A program made the position numbers and the translations under genes. This document shows positions 36,001-43,796 of a stretch of DNA of 51,670 bases, piece after piece (position 1 is the stretch's first letter; the number at the start of each line of letters is the position of its first letter). Origin of the DNA: an uncultured Candidatus Peribacteria bacterium (GTDB taxonomy: Bacteria > Patescibacteriota > Gracilibacteria > Peribacterales > Peribacteraceae); NCBI GenBank assembly GCA_964628345.1, contig CAZVLZ010000001.1, positions 8,318 to 59,987 on the forward strand, written 5' to 3'. Under the pieces are notes generated by a model that did no database searches, was not told where the DNA came from, and worked only from the letters and a program-made list of their open reading frames with translations.

Positions 36001-37570
36001 GGCAGGCGGGGTTGATTGCCGCCCCGAACAGAGAAGCCCACAGGCGGGAGAAGAAGAGGGAGAACGGTCCTTGCGGGTAGCCGCTCTCCGCGCAGACATT
36101 ATCCCGGCCGTAGGCGTGGGCGTCTTCCCCTTTCTTTTTGCAGTCCTCTTCGCACATGTTGTCGACGCACATCTGCATGCTGCCGCTCGTGAAGCAGCAG
36201 GAGACCTTCTTCGTGCATGTCGGAGCGGAAGACGCAGGTTCCGATGACGATGTCGCAGGGGCGGATGATTCTGCCGAGGATGCCGGTTCAACGGAGGAAG
36301 ATTCGGATGATTCCGCGTCGGAGGAGGCAGCACCACTGCCGCAGGGATTCAAATCGCAGAGCCCGTTTCCGCCTCCGAACCAAGGATCTTCGGCGGGCAC
36401 ACCGTATTCATTGCACACGCTCAGGCGCACGTCATCGAAACAAGAGGTATAGACACAGCAGGACACGAGTTCCTCGGACGAGGATGAGGAGGCCGCAGGC
36501 TCACTGCTTGAAGAAGGCTCCGCACTGCTGGATTGCTCCGCGAGCGTGCACGTATCCGTGGATGACGCGCAGGGAGCCGTGCCGCAACAGCCGAACTGGG
36601 GACTGACGTACTGGCCGCCCGTGTTGCAGCAGGGAATAGCTTGCGTGCAGGGATGACTGCCGGAAGGCAGGCAGGCTCCCCCCGGCGGGCAGGCGGGAAC
36701 GTGGTGCTGATCCATGCACTGCTGCTGGTTCATCGCGCTGCTCTCGCTCGAAGAGGATTCTGGTTCGGAAGAAGCGCTACTGCCGCAGCCGGCGATTGGA
36801 TCGTGGCGGCACTCCATTCCGTCGTAGAAATCGGACGTGCAGGGGTCCCCGTCGTCGTCGCAGTCGGGAGCGCAGCCTTCGATCGGGTAGTGTTCGCACG
36901 TCTCCGCGCTCGTTCCTGCATCGTAGGTGCAGGGGTCCCCGTCGTCGCAGCAGACGTACATGCCGAAGCACCGGTGATCTCCCTCCATACACATCGTCGC
37001 CCAGCAGGGATCGCCGCTCGCACATTCCTCATCATTCCTGCAGCAATCCGCGATGGGATCGTGGGTGCACCCGCCGCTGGTGCAGGTATCCGTCGTGCAC
37101 ACATCGCCATCGTCGCATCCGTTCGGACAGTCGGGAGCCGCTTCTCCACACGCGAGACAGTCGATATCTCCAGCATGGAAGAAATGGGGACACTCATTCA
37201 GGGACATCCAGCCGAGGCACTCTCCGGGTACGGGTCCGCAGCAGATGCCCCACTCGGTTGCCGGGGAGGAAGGACTGGTCGTGATTCCGCCCGAGCACAC
37301 GCAGAGCGCCGTGCACTCTTCGGGATTGGACGGGTTGCAGGAGAACGAGGATGTACAGGCTCCGCCATCCGGGCAGGAACCGCCGCAGGAGGGCCAGAGG
37401 GAATTCGTGCACGTATCGGTGACCTGGGCACGCAGCACGTTGGCCGTGGCCGATGTGTAATAGGGAGCAGGGGGGAGCTGCCCTTCTCTATTCTGTTCGA
37501 CCAAGATGCCGGTGAGCACCATCGTGAGGAAGGTACCCAGTGCGAGTTCGGTGAATGTGCTTCGCCACAT
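30068..37570 (-). CDS. Giant membrane-anchored cysteine-rich repeat protein, about 2500 aa, unassigned family
   Basis: Single open frame. N-terminal TM (TELALGTFLTMVLTGILV), DGDPCT.D.C...H.PI..C repeats and Ser-rich linkers. By hand count there are about 40 vicinal CC modules. C-terminal CGDG....EECD repeats resemble the Myxococcus cysteine-rich repeat, followed by a terminal hydrophobic tail. I preferred the ATG at 37570 (TATAGT lies 10 nt upstream); the ORF is open to a GTG at 37624. Confidence 0.9.
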   Translation of the reverse strand: MWRSTFTELALGTFLTMVLTGILVEQNREGQLPPAPYYTSATANVLRAQVTDTCTNSLWPSCGGSCPDGGACTSSFSCNPSNPEECTALCVCSGGITTSPSSPATEWGICCGPVPGECLGWMSLNECPHFFHAGDIDCLACGEAAPDCPNGCDDGDVCTTDTCTSGGCTHDPIADCCRNDEECASGDPCWATMCMEGDHRCFGMYVCCDDGDPCTYDAGTSAETCEHYPIEGCAPDCDDDGDPCTSDFYDGMECRHDPIAGCGSSASSEPESSSSESSAMNQQQCMDQHHVPACPPGGACLPSGSHPCTQAIPCCNTGGQYVSPQFGCCGTAPCASSTDTCTLAEQSSSAEPSSSSEPAASSSSSEELVSCCVYTSCFDDVRLSVCNEYGVPAEDPWFGGGNGLCDLNPCGSGAASSDAESSESSSVEPASSAESSAPATSSSEPASSAPTCTKKVSCCFTSGSMQMCVDNMCEEDCKKKGEDAHAYGRDNVCAESGYPQGPFSLFFSRLWASLFGAAINPACPVELTELCCTDPGNADASKRVSKVRMGTCPSSKIVQSASACVEKDCAKISAGSEGTYMGCWWAGEDDAKSDCEARSYQIHSVTGGYCCCPPKEKKNCCRMISTPNKNYKNTKPTDATNQPYTVSWSCTYEGNANGESTTACSTTETVGDVIYHAGTVIPGTAEQCKEKCNGGPDKSMESGCCCNLKSGSLAGTTSLWLSYNSGFDSTGKSPADLCTSYAGTFTKASAMGTKSCDNDFCDPPGWCCTAQGPQKTTKSKCNPDGSSKNDFSARESPLPGFCEKPCCSTEIKDTGCDIMTKAACNAVGGTFVNTAGLCSKAKCPNVVPCCVYEDSIATPGTQIVNCALKNSTECKEQLVGDTCDNISRAELVKRCDNIDKEKVSCCERASESAAWSCSVTKPGDCQSSTNKISLGKATADKCSSDELAQCNKKDTIGCCPVESAAKKDESGNPVWSCITVKKSEEGAKCQKGTTFENGCTDKTQCNQPPKKYVDCCTTSGSCMGLYLEEGKTCDSKNGGNLEFFSKVYESGTCTTLGPDPSCKADEKVSCCNKKGNGWECISAARSTCANVCLPSGDASKCGENEKIPCCTKKNDQWSCAPELKSACKTPASTSSCPSDPTQVQLACGEKVACCVGSGSGEKTCKTDVSNLSLCDSNYPIKTSNSCSELSCKPEGVCCTSNAGKGICSLTAKDKCSGTYRTGYSTCSPNPCELVACCPKSATSGTARCQTDVLAVKSATFCKGDTVHTNNQCPANYKCEDADKWCCGTGLTEKAQCTKISSTTLKQNGGCPLSDLASHNIVYATQFPSETECGKQCPPPEDKRLRYCCPATVPQGGSPYCSAVYLPATGDCSAASGYGTAYVGTAYTAADAHACTAACVNRHAKGKFACCNADSSCSLTSAQECKGKLLTSTTSCSPNPCERVACCVAKESDVLEDKCVTGALRADCNPDKPIGSSCSDSLKQACSGTAQPMVCCLGNGTCTKLVRSECEAKGGISKNLSITSCEPNPCQLVTCCPKDGSACATNVSKSNCDPNKPIGGDVCSEELKLICKAPAQKVACCVDGSCKTDQLRSACDTTKTISTSNSCSAITCGSELPCCLQKSDGSYDCALKESCGSEKALGSKGTACPTDSTSIQSQCKTEKRIACCTDNVCSAVTSKDACQGTTKGDMTANDPCSPNDPCKPAEQVPCCQTSDNKTWTCGDVDKSKCPSQNQVPVCPTDDEGIQSLCGDVATTCCDPTKENENERCSLFLGDKCPVGSPMKKATCDKTCKPDKVACCTEDTTTGGLKCEVPDNPSKCKIKLDGDNKQCTEELTAKCKEPKKSCCSLTYDQSKAQCIPVDVSTETCSWSGKAPFKSLSACKESDCEKKEYRYCCKEESKTCLPVEIAQENKDTEDCAAIPGHTGLVGAPFATEAACTSATGSPCAPEKEKIACCDGGKCTPQFQEKCEKPAKDSTGKIVTLDTEAAKQKTCAVDCPQPVACCGEDRDNPTCETAEDCPEDRRLVGADKKPLTKCPRDFLTRCGQKPTACCGVATRNDTQAPLYSICMDIADLKSGWNDSYKTLISKELGDMQDQTKLDGRKKVCESYNGKSVTVGKVKGTMKTWWAEGTCPSACSEVVAPDKEEKVVCTSLPGPLNLSNCVGCRQISEEEGLAQSLVSPLLASTLLADTSGTSSPVDPLDAIGMEFPDMPSCVGSCPAGTYKRFCCNPATASCSAFLLSVADTNTPEICETKVMVGNGEYAWDDAGSCNDFCGMFKGVAGGGQPSSAGGEASSAAEESSSSAPEKGNCCIEGKGYGLCFKDIDPSTCEYSIIGGSFFGASQCIEYPASGYNCGMDDGGSSSADNQSSSDSSIPPNCGDGTRDEGEECDEGAANSNSPNATCRTNCKAARCGDGIVDNVPSGREAEKCDDGDDCSDGVCNSNTGTATCKTTCKDRNTFFTFGKWLENLRLYAINGTPVSDAPPVNENTQYIIMGVLTFILQ
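30125..30132 (-). repeat. C8 homopolymer (G8 on the plus strand) near the 3' end of the giant gene
   Basis: Read directly; it encodes A-P-P. It is followed on the coding strand by GTGAATGA, which supplies TGA stops in both alternative frames. Confidence 0.9.
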
Positions 37571-37679
37571 CTTGCCGTTGACTATAGCAGGAGCTGATCC
37601 GCAGAAAACGTCGTGGGGTTGCACGATTCAATGATCATGCTCTGACAATCCGCCAGCGATCTGCGCTCTGTTTTCCGGT

Positions 37680-38564
37680 ATGATGCGGGACATGGCTGGA
37701 TCTCTGTTGTTGTCGGCGATGCTCCTTCCGCTCTCGCTCTCGGTTTCCCTCGCGGAGCACCCGTCCGCATCCGTGCCGCCCGGCGCACAGAGGGTCGTGA
37801 TGCTTGAACTCACGTTCAGGGCGTCGTGCAGCGGAGATGTTGCCGTTCATGCCGTCACGCTCACGCATGCCGGTATGGGCGCTCTGCGCGATGTCGCGTC
37901 CGTGTACGCCGTGCACGACGGACAGCGGATCTCACGCGGGCGGGCGCTCTCTTCCGGTGACGGCACGGTGACGCTCACGTTCCGGCCGTCACTCGTCGTA
38001 CCCGCATGCGGCACGCAGGAGGGCGTGATCATGGCCAACTTCTCTTCCGATGCCGCCGCAACCGGGGAACACCGTCTGGCGCTCCTCACGGCTGGGGATA
38101 TCGACGCCGGTGATGCACGTGTGACGCTTGAGGGCAGTGCCGCGGCGCCGGTGCGCAGAACCGTGGGGGCGACGCAGGGGAGCATTGCGGCGGAATTGCT
38201 GCCGCTCCTGCAGCGTGTCACGTACGGAGACCGCCGCACCGTGGCGCGCCTCCGGCTCACCGCGGATGGAACGTACGATCAGGAACTCCAAGCCATCATG
38301 CTCACCAATGACGGGAGCGCGCGGAACAGCGATCTACAGAATCTCACGCTGGAGTCGAGCCGCGGGCAGGTACTTGCCCGTCTTCCGACACTGCGCGATC
38401 GCACCGCCCCCTTCGTCCTTCCTTCGCCACTTTTTCTCCAGCGCGGGGCGGTCGTCCTGCTCACCGTTCGGGCGGACGTGCGTGCTTCGCGACGACGCAC
38501 GATTGCCTTTACTCTCGAGGAACCCGGCGACCTCGTCGCGAGGCGCGCGCGGTCACGGCGATGA
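37680..38564 (+). CDS. Secreted hypothetical protein with two similar beta-sandwich-like halves
   Basis: Signal peptide (GSLLLSAMLLPLSLSVSLA). Internally repeated patterns are VVMLELTF...HAVTLTHAG and ARLRLTADG...AIMLTNDGSARNSDLQNLTLES. An alternative ATG at 37692 has TATGAT 7 nt upstream. Confidence 0.65.
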   Translation: MMRDMAGSLLLSAMLLPLSLSVSLAEHPSASVPPGAQRVVMLELTFRASCSGDVAVHAVTLTHAGMGALRDVASVYAVHDGQRISRGRALSSGDGTVTLTFRPSLVVPACGTQEGVIMANFSSDAAATGEHRLALLTAGDIDAGDARVTLEGSAAAPVRRTVGATQGSIAAELLPLLQRVTYGDRRTVARLRLTADGTYDQELQAIMLTNDGSARNSDLQNLTLESSRGQVLARLPTLRDRTAPFVLPSPLFLQRGAVVLLTVRADVRASRRRTIAFTLEEPGDLVARRARSRR

Positions 38565-38652
38565 CACGATGCATACTTCCACACGCATCGTCCATTCAGG
38601 GAATTGTCTTCTCGCAGCGCTCCGCGCATAATGCCGCAAATTCTCCACGCCC

Positions 38653-39633
38653 ATGAAACGATTTGTTCTCCTCCTCGTGCTTGCCTCCCTCGTCGGGATT
38701 TCGGTTTACCTCTTTTTGCGCGGACCCTCCACCACCGGTCCGTCCGCACGTACGGAGGAGGTGATGGCTCTCGCCGCGCAGAAGAGTCGCGATCTGCAGT
38801 CGCTTCGCCTGAATGCCTCCGGTCACTTCCGCCTCGAGGACGGGACGATCCCGATGTCGGGGACCGTGACGTTGGACGGTGTTCTGCAGGATGCGGGGAA
38901 CAGCGTGCAGATGGGCGTTTCGGTGGACGCGCTCATTGCTCCGGGGGGGGGCGGCAGTCAGACATTCCGCCTGCAGGGTGCGGGGGAGATGATCGTCGTC
39001 GGCAAAAAAGAACTCTCCTTCAAGGTGGAGTCGCTCTCGACGGAGCCGGATGGCGCACTCTTTCAGCCGGAACTGCTCGCACTGCTGACCGGACAATGGT
39101 GGACGGTGCCTGCTCCCGCGTCCGATCAGGCGGCCACGGTGCCGGGTGGGACGATGACCCCTTCGCCGAGCGTGCTCCGTGCGCAGGCGCAGGTGGTGCG
39201 CGTCACCGCCGATCGCGGCACCGACATGATCGATGGCTCTGAGGCTTACCACTACGATGTCGCGCTGGATAGCGAGAAGTTGCTTGCCTATCTCGAAGAG
39301 GTGGCTGCCGCCCGCCAGGAGACCATGGACCGCGAGAGTCTTCGGGCGGTCATTGCGGCACTGGATGCGTCGGGGGAGATGTGGATTGATACAGAGACGT
39401 ACGTGCTGAAGAAAGTGACGTGGGATATCAGCAGGCTCCAGACGGGGCAGGGGACTCTGAGCGGATCCTTCGCGGTCTTGCTCAGCGACTTCGACGCAGC
39501 GCCCGTCATCCTGCCTCCCGCTGACGCAAAGCCATTCTCTCCGTCGTCGTTCTTCCAACTCGATCCAACGCAGAATGTTCCCGGCGGAACACTCACTCCC
39601 GAGCAACTTGAGCAGTATCAGTCTCTCTTTTAA
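38653..39633 (+). CDS. Secreted or membrane-anchored hypothetical protein, possibly a LolA/LppX-like fold
   Basis: N-terminal anchor MKRFVLLLVLASLVGISVYLFL, then beta-rich sequence. The fold suggestion is by pattern only. Confidence 0.6.
   Translation: MKRFVLLLVLASLVGISVYLFLRGPSTTGPSARTEEVMALAAQKSRDLQSLRLNASGHFRLEDGTIPMSGTVTLDGVLQDAGNSVQMGVSVDALIAPGGGGSQTFRLQGAGEMIVVGKKELSFKVESLSTEPDGALFQPELLALLTGQWWTVPAPASDQAATVPGGTMTPSPSVLRAQAQVVRVTADRGTDMIDGSEAYHYDVALDSEKLLAYLEEVAAARQETMDRESLRAVIAALDASGEMWIDTETYVLKKVTWDISRLQTGQGTLSGSFAVLLSDFDAAPVILPPADAKPFSPSSFFQLDPTQNVPGGTLTPEQLEQYQSLF
38943..38951 (+). repeat. G9 homopolymer inside the 38653-39633 CDS
   Basis: Read directly: ccg ggg ggg ggc ggc encodes PGGGG at codons 97-101. 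Confidence 0.9.
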
Positions 39634-39661
39634 ATGAGCTCCGTTCTCTCCGCGTGAGCGA

Positions 39662-41704
39662 ATGACCCCAACCCCTTCCACTCCCATTGACGGCATTGCG
39701 GCGCCTCAGCCTGCCGTGCCTGCGCAAACGGCCACCCCTCCGTCTCCACTGCAACGGAAGGAGCAGACGGTATCGCCGCGGCGGTTCATGAAGCGCCTCC
39801 TCCTTGTACTCATTGTGGTCCCGTACGTCACCTATGCGCTCTGGTCCGCGTACCTCGTTGCCGTGCTGCCGGACGGGACGGGCACCTATGACCGGTTGAT
39901 TCCCATCGGGACCGTGCTGGCGATCGCGTGCGCGGTCATCCTGGTGTCCGTCGGTCTCTTCGCGTTCCTCCGGATCGGTGCGGCGGAAGTCATCCCGCTG
40001 CCGCGCCGGAGGCTGGCCGCCATCAAGGTTGCGGGTGTGATTCTGCCCGGTTTGCTCATCAGCGCGTTCACGCCGTTCGCCATCCGACGCGAGCCTTCTC
40101 TCGCGTTCACCGTCGTTTCGCCCGATGCCACTCAGGTGATGGTGGCGCCGCTCTCGGTGACCTTCAGTATCCAGCCTGCATTGGATGTCCTGGCGCGCAG
40201 AGAGCTTCTGCCGGAGAAATTCGTTTGGGATTTCGAAGGGGACGGCAAGATGAACGCCGAGACATCCGATCCCGAGGTGTCGGCGTATTTCGACCGTCAG
40301 GGCCAGTATACGGTTGTCGTGGTGATCTTTCTCAAGAACGGGGACACGCGCCGCATTTCCCAGGTGCTGACCATTGCGCGCGCGGTGTTCTCCGTGGATC
40401 CGGTGCAGCCGATCATCGACGAGCCGGCACGCCTTTCGATCGCCCATCTCGTGACGAAGAAGGAGGATGTCGAGCAGGCGGAGTGGGATTTTGACGGAAA
40501 TGGCGAGGTCGACCTGACCAGCAAGTCCCTCGATGTCGTGCATACGTTCTTTGCGGAGGGACCGACGAAGGTTTCGGTCAAAGTGACGCTCATGACCAAG
40601 GCACAGCAGACGTACGAGCGGGAAATCGAGGTGCTGCGCACTCTTCCACTGCCGTTCCCCGTGACATTCATTGCCGAGCCCGAGCATCTCATCGGTCCTT
40701 CCCCGTTCGGCGCCGTGTTCCGCGTGGAGACGGAGGAACCCGTGCGCGTCATTCTCTGGAACTTCGGCGACGGTGCGGATGCCCGCGGCGACCGCGTCGG
40801 TCACACGTTCTCGCAGAACGGCGTGTTCCCCGTGACGGCCGAGGTGCGATCGGAGGCGGGGCCCGTCGCCAAGATCACCAAGATCGTCCGTGTCACGGAG
40901 GACTTGCCGCTGCCGGACCTGACGTTCACCGGATCGCCCGAAGTGAAGAGCGGCAACAAAATTTCGGGGGAGGTTCCTGTGATCGTTGATCTGAAACCGC
41001 GCACGACCGTGCCGCTCATCGAGTTCTTCTGGGAGGCGCCCGAGGCGACCTCGGTGGGTTCCACGGAGACAGCGGTGCAAGCCGTTTACCGGCGCGAAGG
41101 AACCTACACACTCTGGCTCATCGCGCAGGACCCCGATGGGCGCGTGATGCGCAAACCCATGACCGTTGAAGTACTACCGCCGGTATCCGCAGTCGTCATT
41201 CAGATGGACCCGGAGGGAGGCACGGCGCCGCTCACCGTGCGCCTCGATGCATCCGAGACATCGATTCAGGATGAGCAGATCAGCGGCTTTGAGTGGACGT
41301 TCAGCGACGAGCCTCAGGGAGCGGCGCACCAGCAGGGGGCGCAGGTCTCGCACACGTTCCAGAAGTCCGGCACGTACGAGATTTCGGCGAAAGTGTTCAC
41401 CACGAGCGGCAAGGAGTACGCGGCGAGCAAAACCATCGTCGTGCGTGCGCCCGTCCTCGATGCATGCATCAGGGCGAGCCGCACGGAGGGCAAAGCGCCT
41501 CTCGGCGTCCAGTTCTTCAGTGACTGTTCCACGGAGGGGCAGCAGACGACCTATGCGTGGGATTTCGGGGACGGATTCGCGAGCGATCAGAAGAATCCCA
41601 TTCATGACTTCCAGCTTGCCGGCAGCTACACTGTCTTCCTCACGCTCCGTGACGGCGACAGCGTTGCGCAGTCCGATCCCCTCATCATTACCATCCAGCC
41701 ATGA
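39662..41704 (+). CDS. Membrane-anchored PKD-repeat protein
   Basis: Pro-rich N-terminus and 3-4 TM helices, then at least 5 PKD-like repeats: WDFEGDG, WDFDGNGEVD, WNFGDGADA, FEWTFSDE and YAWDFGDGFAS, each followed by H.F...G.Y.V. Confidence 0.85.
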   Translation: MTPTPSTPIDGIAAPQPAVPAQTATPPSPLQRKEQTVSPRRFMKRLLLVLIVVPYVTYALWSAYLVAVLPDGTGTYDRLIPIGTVLAIACAVILVSVGLFAFLRIGAAEVIPLPRRRLAAIKVAGVILPGLLISAFTPFAIRREPSLAFTVVSPDATQVMVAPLSVTFSIQPALDVLARRELLPEKFVWDFEGDGKMNAETSDPEVSAYFDRQGQYTVVVVIFLKNGDTRRISQVLTIARAVFSVDPVQPIIDEPARLSIAHLVTKKEDVEQAEWDFDGNGEVDLTSKSLDVVHTFFAEGPTKVSVKVTLMTKAQQTYEREIEVLRTLPLPFPVTFIAEPEHLIGPSPFGAVFRVETEEPVRVILWNFGDGADARGDRVGHTFSQNGVFPVTAEVRSEAGPVAKITKIVRVTEDLPLPDLTFTGSPEVKSGNKISGEVPVIVDLKPRTTVPLIEFFWEAPEATSVGSTETAVQAVYRREGTYTLWLIAQDPDGRVMRKPMTVEVLPPVSAVVIQMDPEGGTAPLTVRLDASETSIQDEQISGFEWTFSDEPQGAAHQQGAQVSHTFQKSGTYEISAKVFTTSGKEYAASKTIVVRAPVLDACIRASRTEGKAPLGVQFFSDCSTEGQQTTYAWDFGDGFASDQKNPIHDFQLAGSYTVFLTLRDGDSVAQSDPLIITIQP

Positions 41705-41784
41705 GAAAAAAGTCCCTCATCCGTCTGCTCGCCGTCATCGGCGTTGCCGTGATCGCGCTCACGGCGCTCGCGCCCGCATTTTGA
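41701..41784 (+). CDS. Candidate 27-aa hydrophobic micro-protein
   Basis: ATG overlaps the PKD gene stop (ATGA at 41701-41704). The product MRKKSLIRLLAVIGVAVIALTALAPAF is a basic N-terminus plus one TM. It is below the ORF-track length cutoff. Confidence 0.3.
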   Translation: MRKKSLIRLLAVIGVAVIALTALAPAF

Positions 41785-41793
41785 TGGCCGAGT

Positions 41794-42843
41794 TCAGCAA
41801 CTGAATACTGTTTCCTGCGGCAGAGAAGCTGCGGTTTCAAAGACATGCACGGCTTTTCCCTGCTGTTCCTGCAGGAGGAACGTGCCGGCGGCAGCGATCA
41901 TGGCCGCGTTGTCCGTGCAGTAGAGGAGGCGGGAAGGGAAACGGATTGTCCGGTTGCCGCAGGCTTGCGGCAGCATCGCCCGCAGACGCCGGTTCGCGGA
42001 GACCCCGCCCGCGACGTGCACCTCCTTCACTTCTGCGTGGCGCTCCAGCGCGCGGGTGACGCGACTGCAGAGGTGCGCGCAGATCGCCTGTTCGAAGGAT
42101 GCGGCGAGATCGGAGACGAGCTTGGAGCTCGTCGCTGATAGCATTGAGAAATCAATACGGGGTGACAGGTCGCGGAGGGTGTATTTGAGTGCGGTCTTGA
42201 GGCCGGAGTAGCTGAAGTCGAGCGTATCCTCGCCGGCGAGCGGGTGTGGAAACGGGAAGGCGAACGGATCACCTGTCTCTCCCGTCTGTGAAATAGACGG
42301 TCCGCCGGGGTAGGGGAGGCAGAGCATGGTCGCCCCTTTGTCGAAGGCTTCGCCGGCAGCATCATCGCGCGTCTGGCCGAGCAGTTTCCCGTCACCGTGG
42401 GACCGGCGCAGCCACAGTTCCGTATGTCCTCCCGATGCGCTGAGCGTCAGCAGCGGAAATTGCGGTTGATCCGGTTGGTCGAGCCAGGTGGAAGAGAGGT
42501 GTCCGAGCGTGTGGTGCACGCCGATCAGCGGTTTCTTCCAGAGTGCGGCGAGCGTTCTGGCCGTGACGGAACCGACGAGCAGGGAACCGAGCAGCCCCGG
42601 CCCGCGCGTGACGGCGATGAGGTCCACATCGTGCCCCGTCATGCCTCCCTGTTCCAGCGCCTGGTCAATGACGGGCTGCATGGAACGGATCTGCTCCCGC
42701 GCAGCCTGTTCCGGGATGACTCCGCCGGAACGCGAAAAAGTCTCGCGTGAGGATGCGATGACACAGCTGCGGACGCGCGTGCCGCCGGTCACGATGGCCG
42801 CGGAGGTTTCGTCGCACGATGTTTCGATGCCAAGGACGTTCAT
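41794..42843 (-). CDS. tsaD: tRNA N6-adenosine threonylcarbamoyltransferase TsaD
   Basis: MNVLGIETSCDETSAAIV, GVHHTLGHL and the C-terminal VAGGVSAN..LR. I took the start at the canonical MNVLGIETSCDE; the ORF is open to 42939. Confidence 0.93.
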   Translation of the reverse strand: MNVLGIETSCDETSAAIVTGGTRVRSCVIASSRETFSRSGGVIPEQAAREQIRSMQPVIDQALEQGGMTGHDVDLIAVTRGPGLLGSLLVGSVTARTLAALWKKPLIGVHHTLGHLSSTWLDQPDQPQFPLLTLSASGGHTELWLRRSHGDGKLLGQTRDDAAGEAFDKGATMLCLPYPGGPSISQTGETGDPFAFPFPHPLAGEDTLDFSYSGLKTALKYTLRDLSPRIDFSMLSATSSKLVSDLAASFEQAICAHLCSRVTRALERHAEVKEVHVAGGVSANRRLRAMLPQACGNRTIRFPSRLLYCTDNAAMIAAAGTFLLQEQQGKAVHVFETAASLPQETVFSC

Positions 42844-42885
42844 ATGACCTGCAGAGTAGGGGATTATCGCCTCTCTGAGGAGGTT

Positions 42886-42913
42886 TTGATTTATATAAAA
42901 AATATTGTATAAT
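42886..42913 (+). promoter_or_regulatory. Putative promoter for the sortase gene
   Basis: TTGATT(42886-42891), 16 nt, TATAAT(42908-42913) in an AT-rich divergent region. The ATG at 42925 is 11 nt after the -10 and there is no SD. Confidence 0.45.
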
Positions 42914-42924
42914 ATCCATAACAC

Positions 42925-43692
42925 ATGCACCCACACCAAAAGCGGTCTATTGCCTACGTTCTGGCCCTCCTGAGTATTGTGCTATCGCTCTTTCTCTGGG
43001 CGGGTATCGTGCGCAGTTTGGTGGCTTCCGTCGCGCAGGTTCCGGCAGAGAACCCCATGCCGGTTGCTTCTTCCGGCAGCATGGCTTCGTCATCCGGTAC
43101 CGCCGTGCCCGTCGCGGTTCCCGTCCGGACCGTGCAGATGCTGCCGCAGATCCACTTTGCGGGGAGCAAAGCATCGCAGGCGGATGATCGGGAAAAGCGC
43201 GATGAGCTCTCGCAGTGGGAGATTCGGGAGATGGCGGCGCTGTCCATCCCGTCGCTCGGTATCCGTTCAACCGTGTTCCTCCCGTCGCGGCGGTACTGGG
43301 ATGCGCGGGACTGGGATACGCTCGAACGCCAGATGCAGGTGGGGCTGCTCTACGGAGTCGTTTCGTACCCGCATGCGGTTCTCCCCGGCGCAGACGGTAG
43401 CATTGTGATTGCCGGGCATTCGAGTCCGCCCAGTGACCGCGCCCAGGAGAGCCGCTTCGGTTCGATCTTCGCCGCGCTGCCGTCCATTGCGGACCATGCC
43501 GAGATCCTGCTGCGTACGGGGAGCGCGACCGTGACCTATGTGGTGGAGGACACGATGATCGTGCCTGCCGGCAACACGGAGATTCTGACGGGATCCGAGG
43601 TGGCGGGGAGCGTCCTGAAGCTCATCACCTGCTATCCGGTGGGGTCCACGAAGGAGCGGTTTGTGGTGATCGCAAAGAAGCTCGGGCAATAA
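42925..43692 (+). CDS. Sortase family transpeptidase
   Basis: N-terminal TM anchor, catalytic His context IVIAGHSS, Cys context LKLITCYP and a downstream Arg (KERFVVIAK). Confidence 0.85.
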   Translation: MHPHQKRSIAYVLALLSIVLSLFLWAGIVRSLVASVAQVPAENPMPVASSGSMASSSGTAVPVAVPVRTVQMLPQIHFAGSKASQADDREKRDELSQWEIREMAALSIPSLGIRSTVFLPSRRYWDARDWDTLERQMQVGLLYGVVSYPHAVLPGADGSIVIAGHSSPPSDRAQESRFGSIFAALPSIADHAEILLRTGSATVTYVVEDTMIVPAGNTEILTGSEVAGSVLKLITCYPVGSTKERFVVIAKKLGQ

Positions 43693-43796
43693 TCGTCGCA
43701 GGTACAGGTTGCACGTGAAACGACGGGCGTTTGCTCGCGATACTCTAGAAACCCGCAACCGGTAACGTGTAACCTGTCTCCTGTTCCATCCATCTC

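Noticed and set aside
39593-41080. 495-aa minus-strand ORF
   Set aside because: Antisense to the PKD-repeat gene, where recognisable WDFxGDG repeats support the plus strand. Arg/Gly/His-rich.
30068-41704. Diversity-generating retroelement targeting the repeat-rich surface genes
   Set aside because: I found no reverse transcriptase ORF (no YxDD-type motif) and no near-identical template/variable repeat pair in the window.
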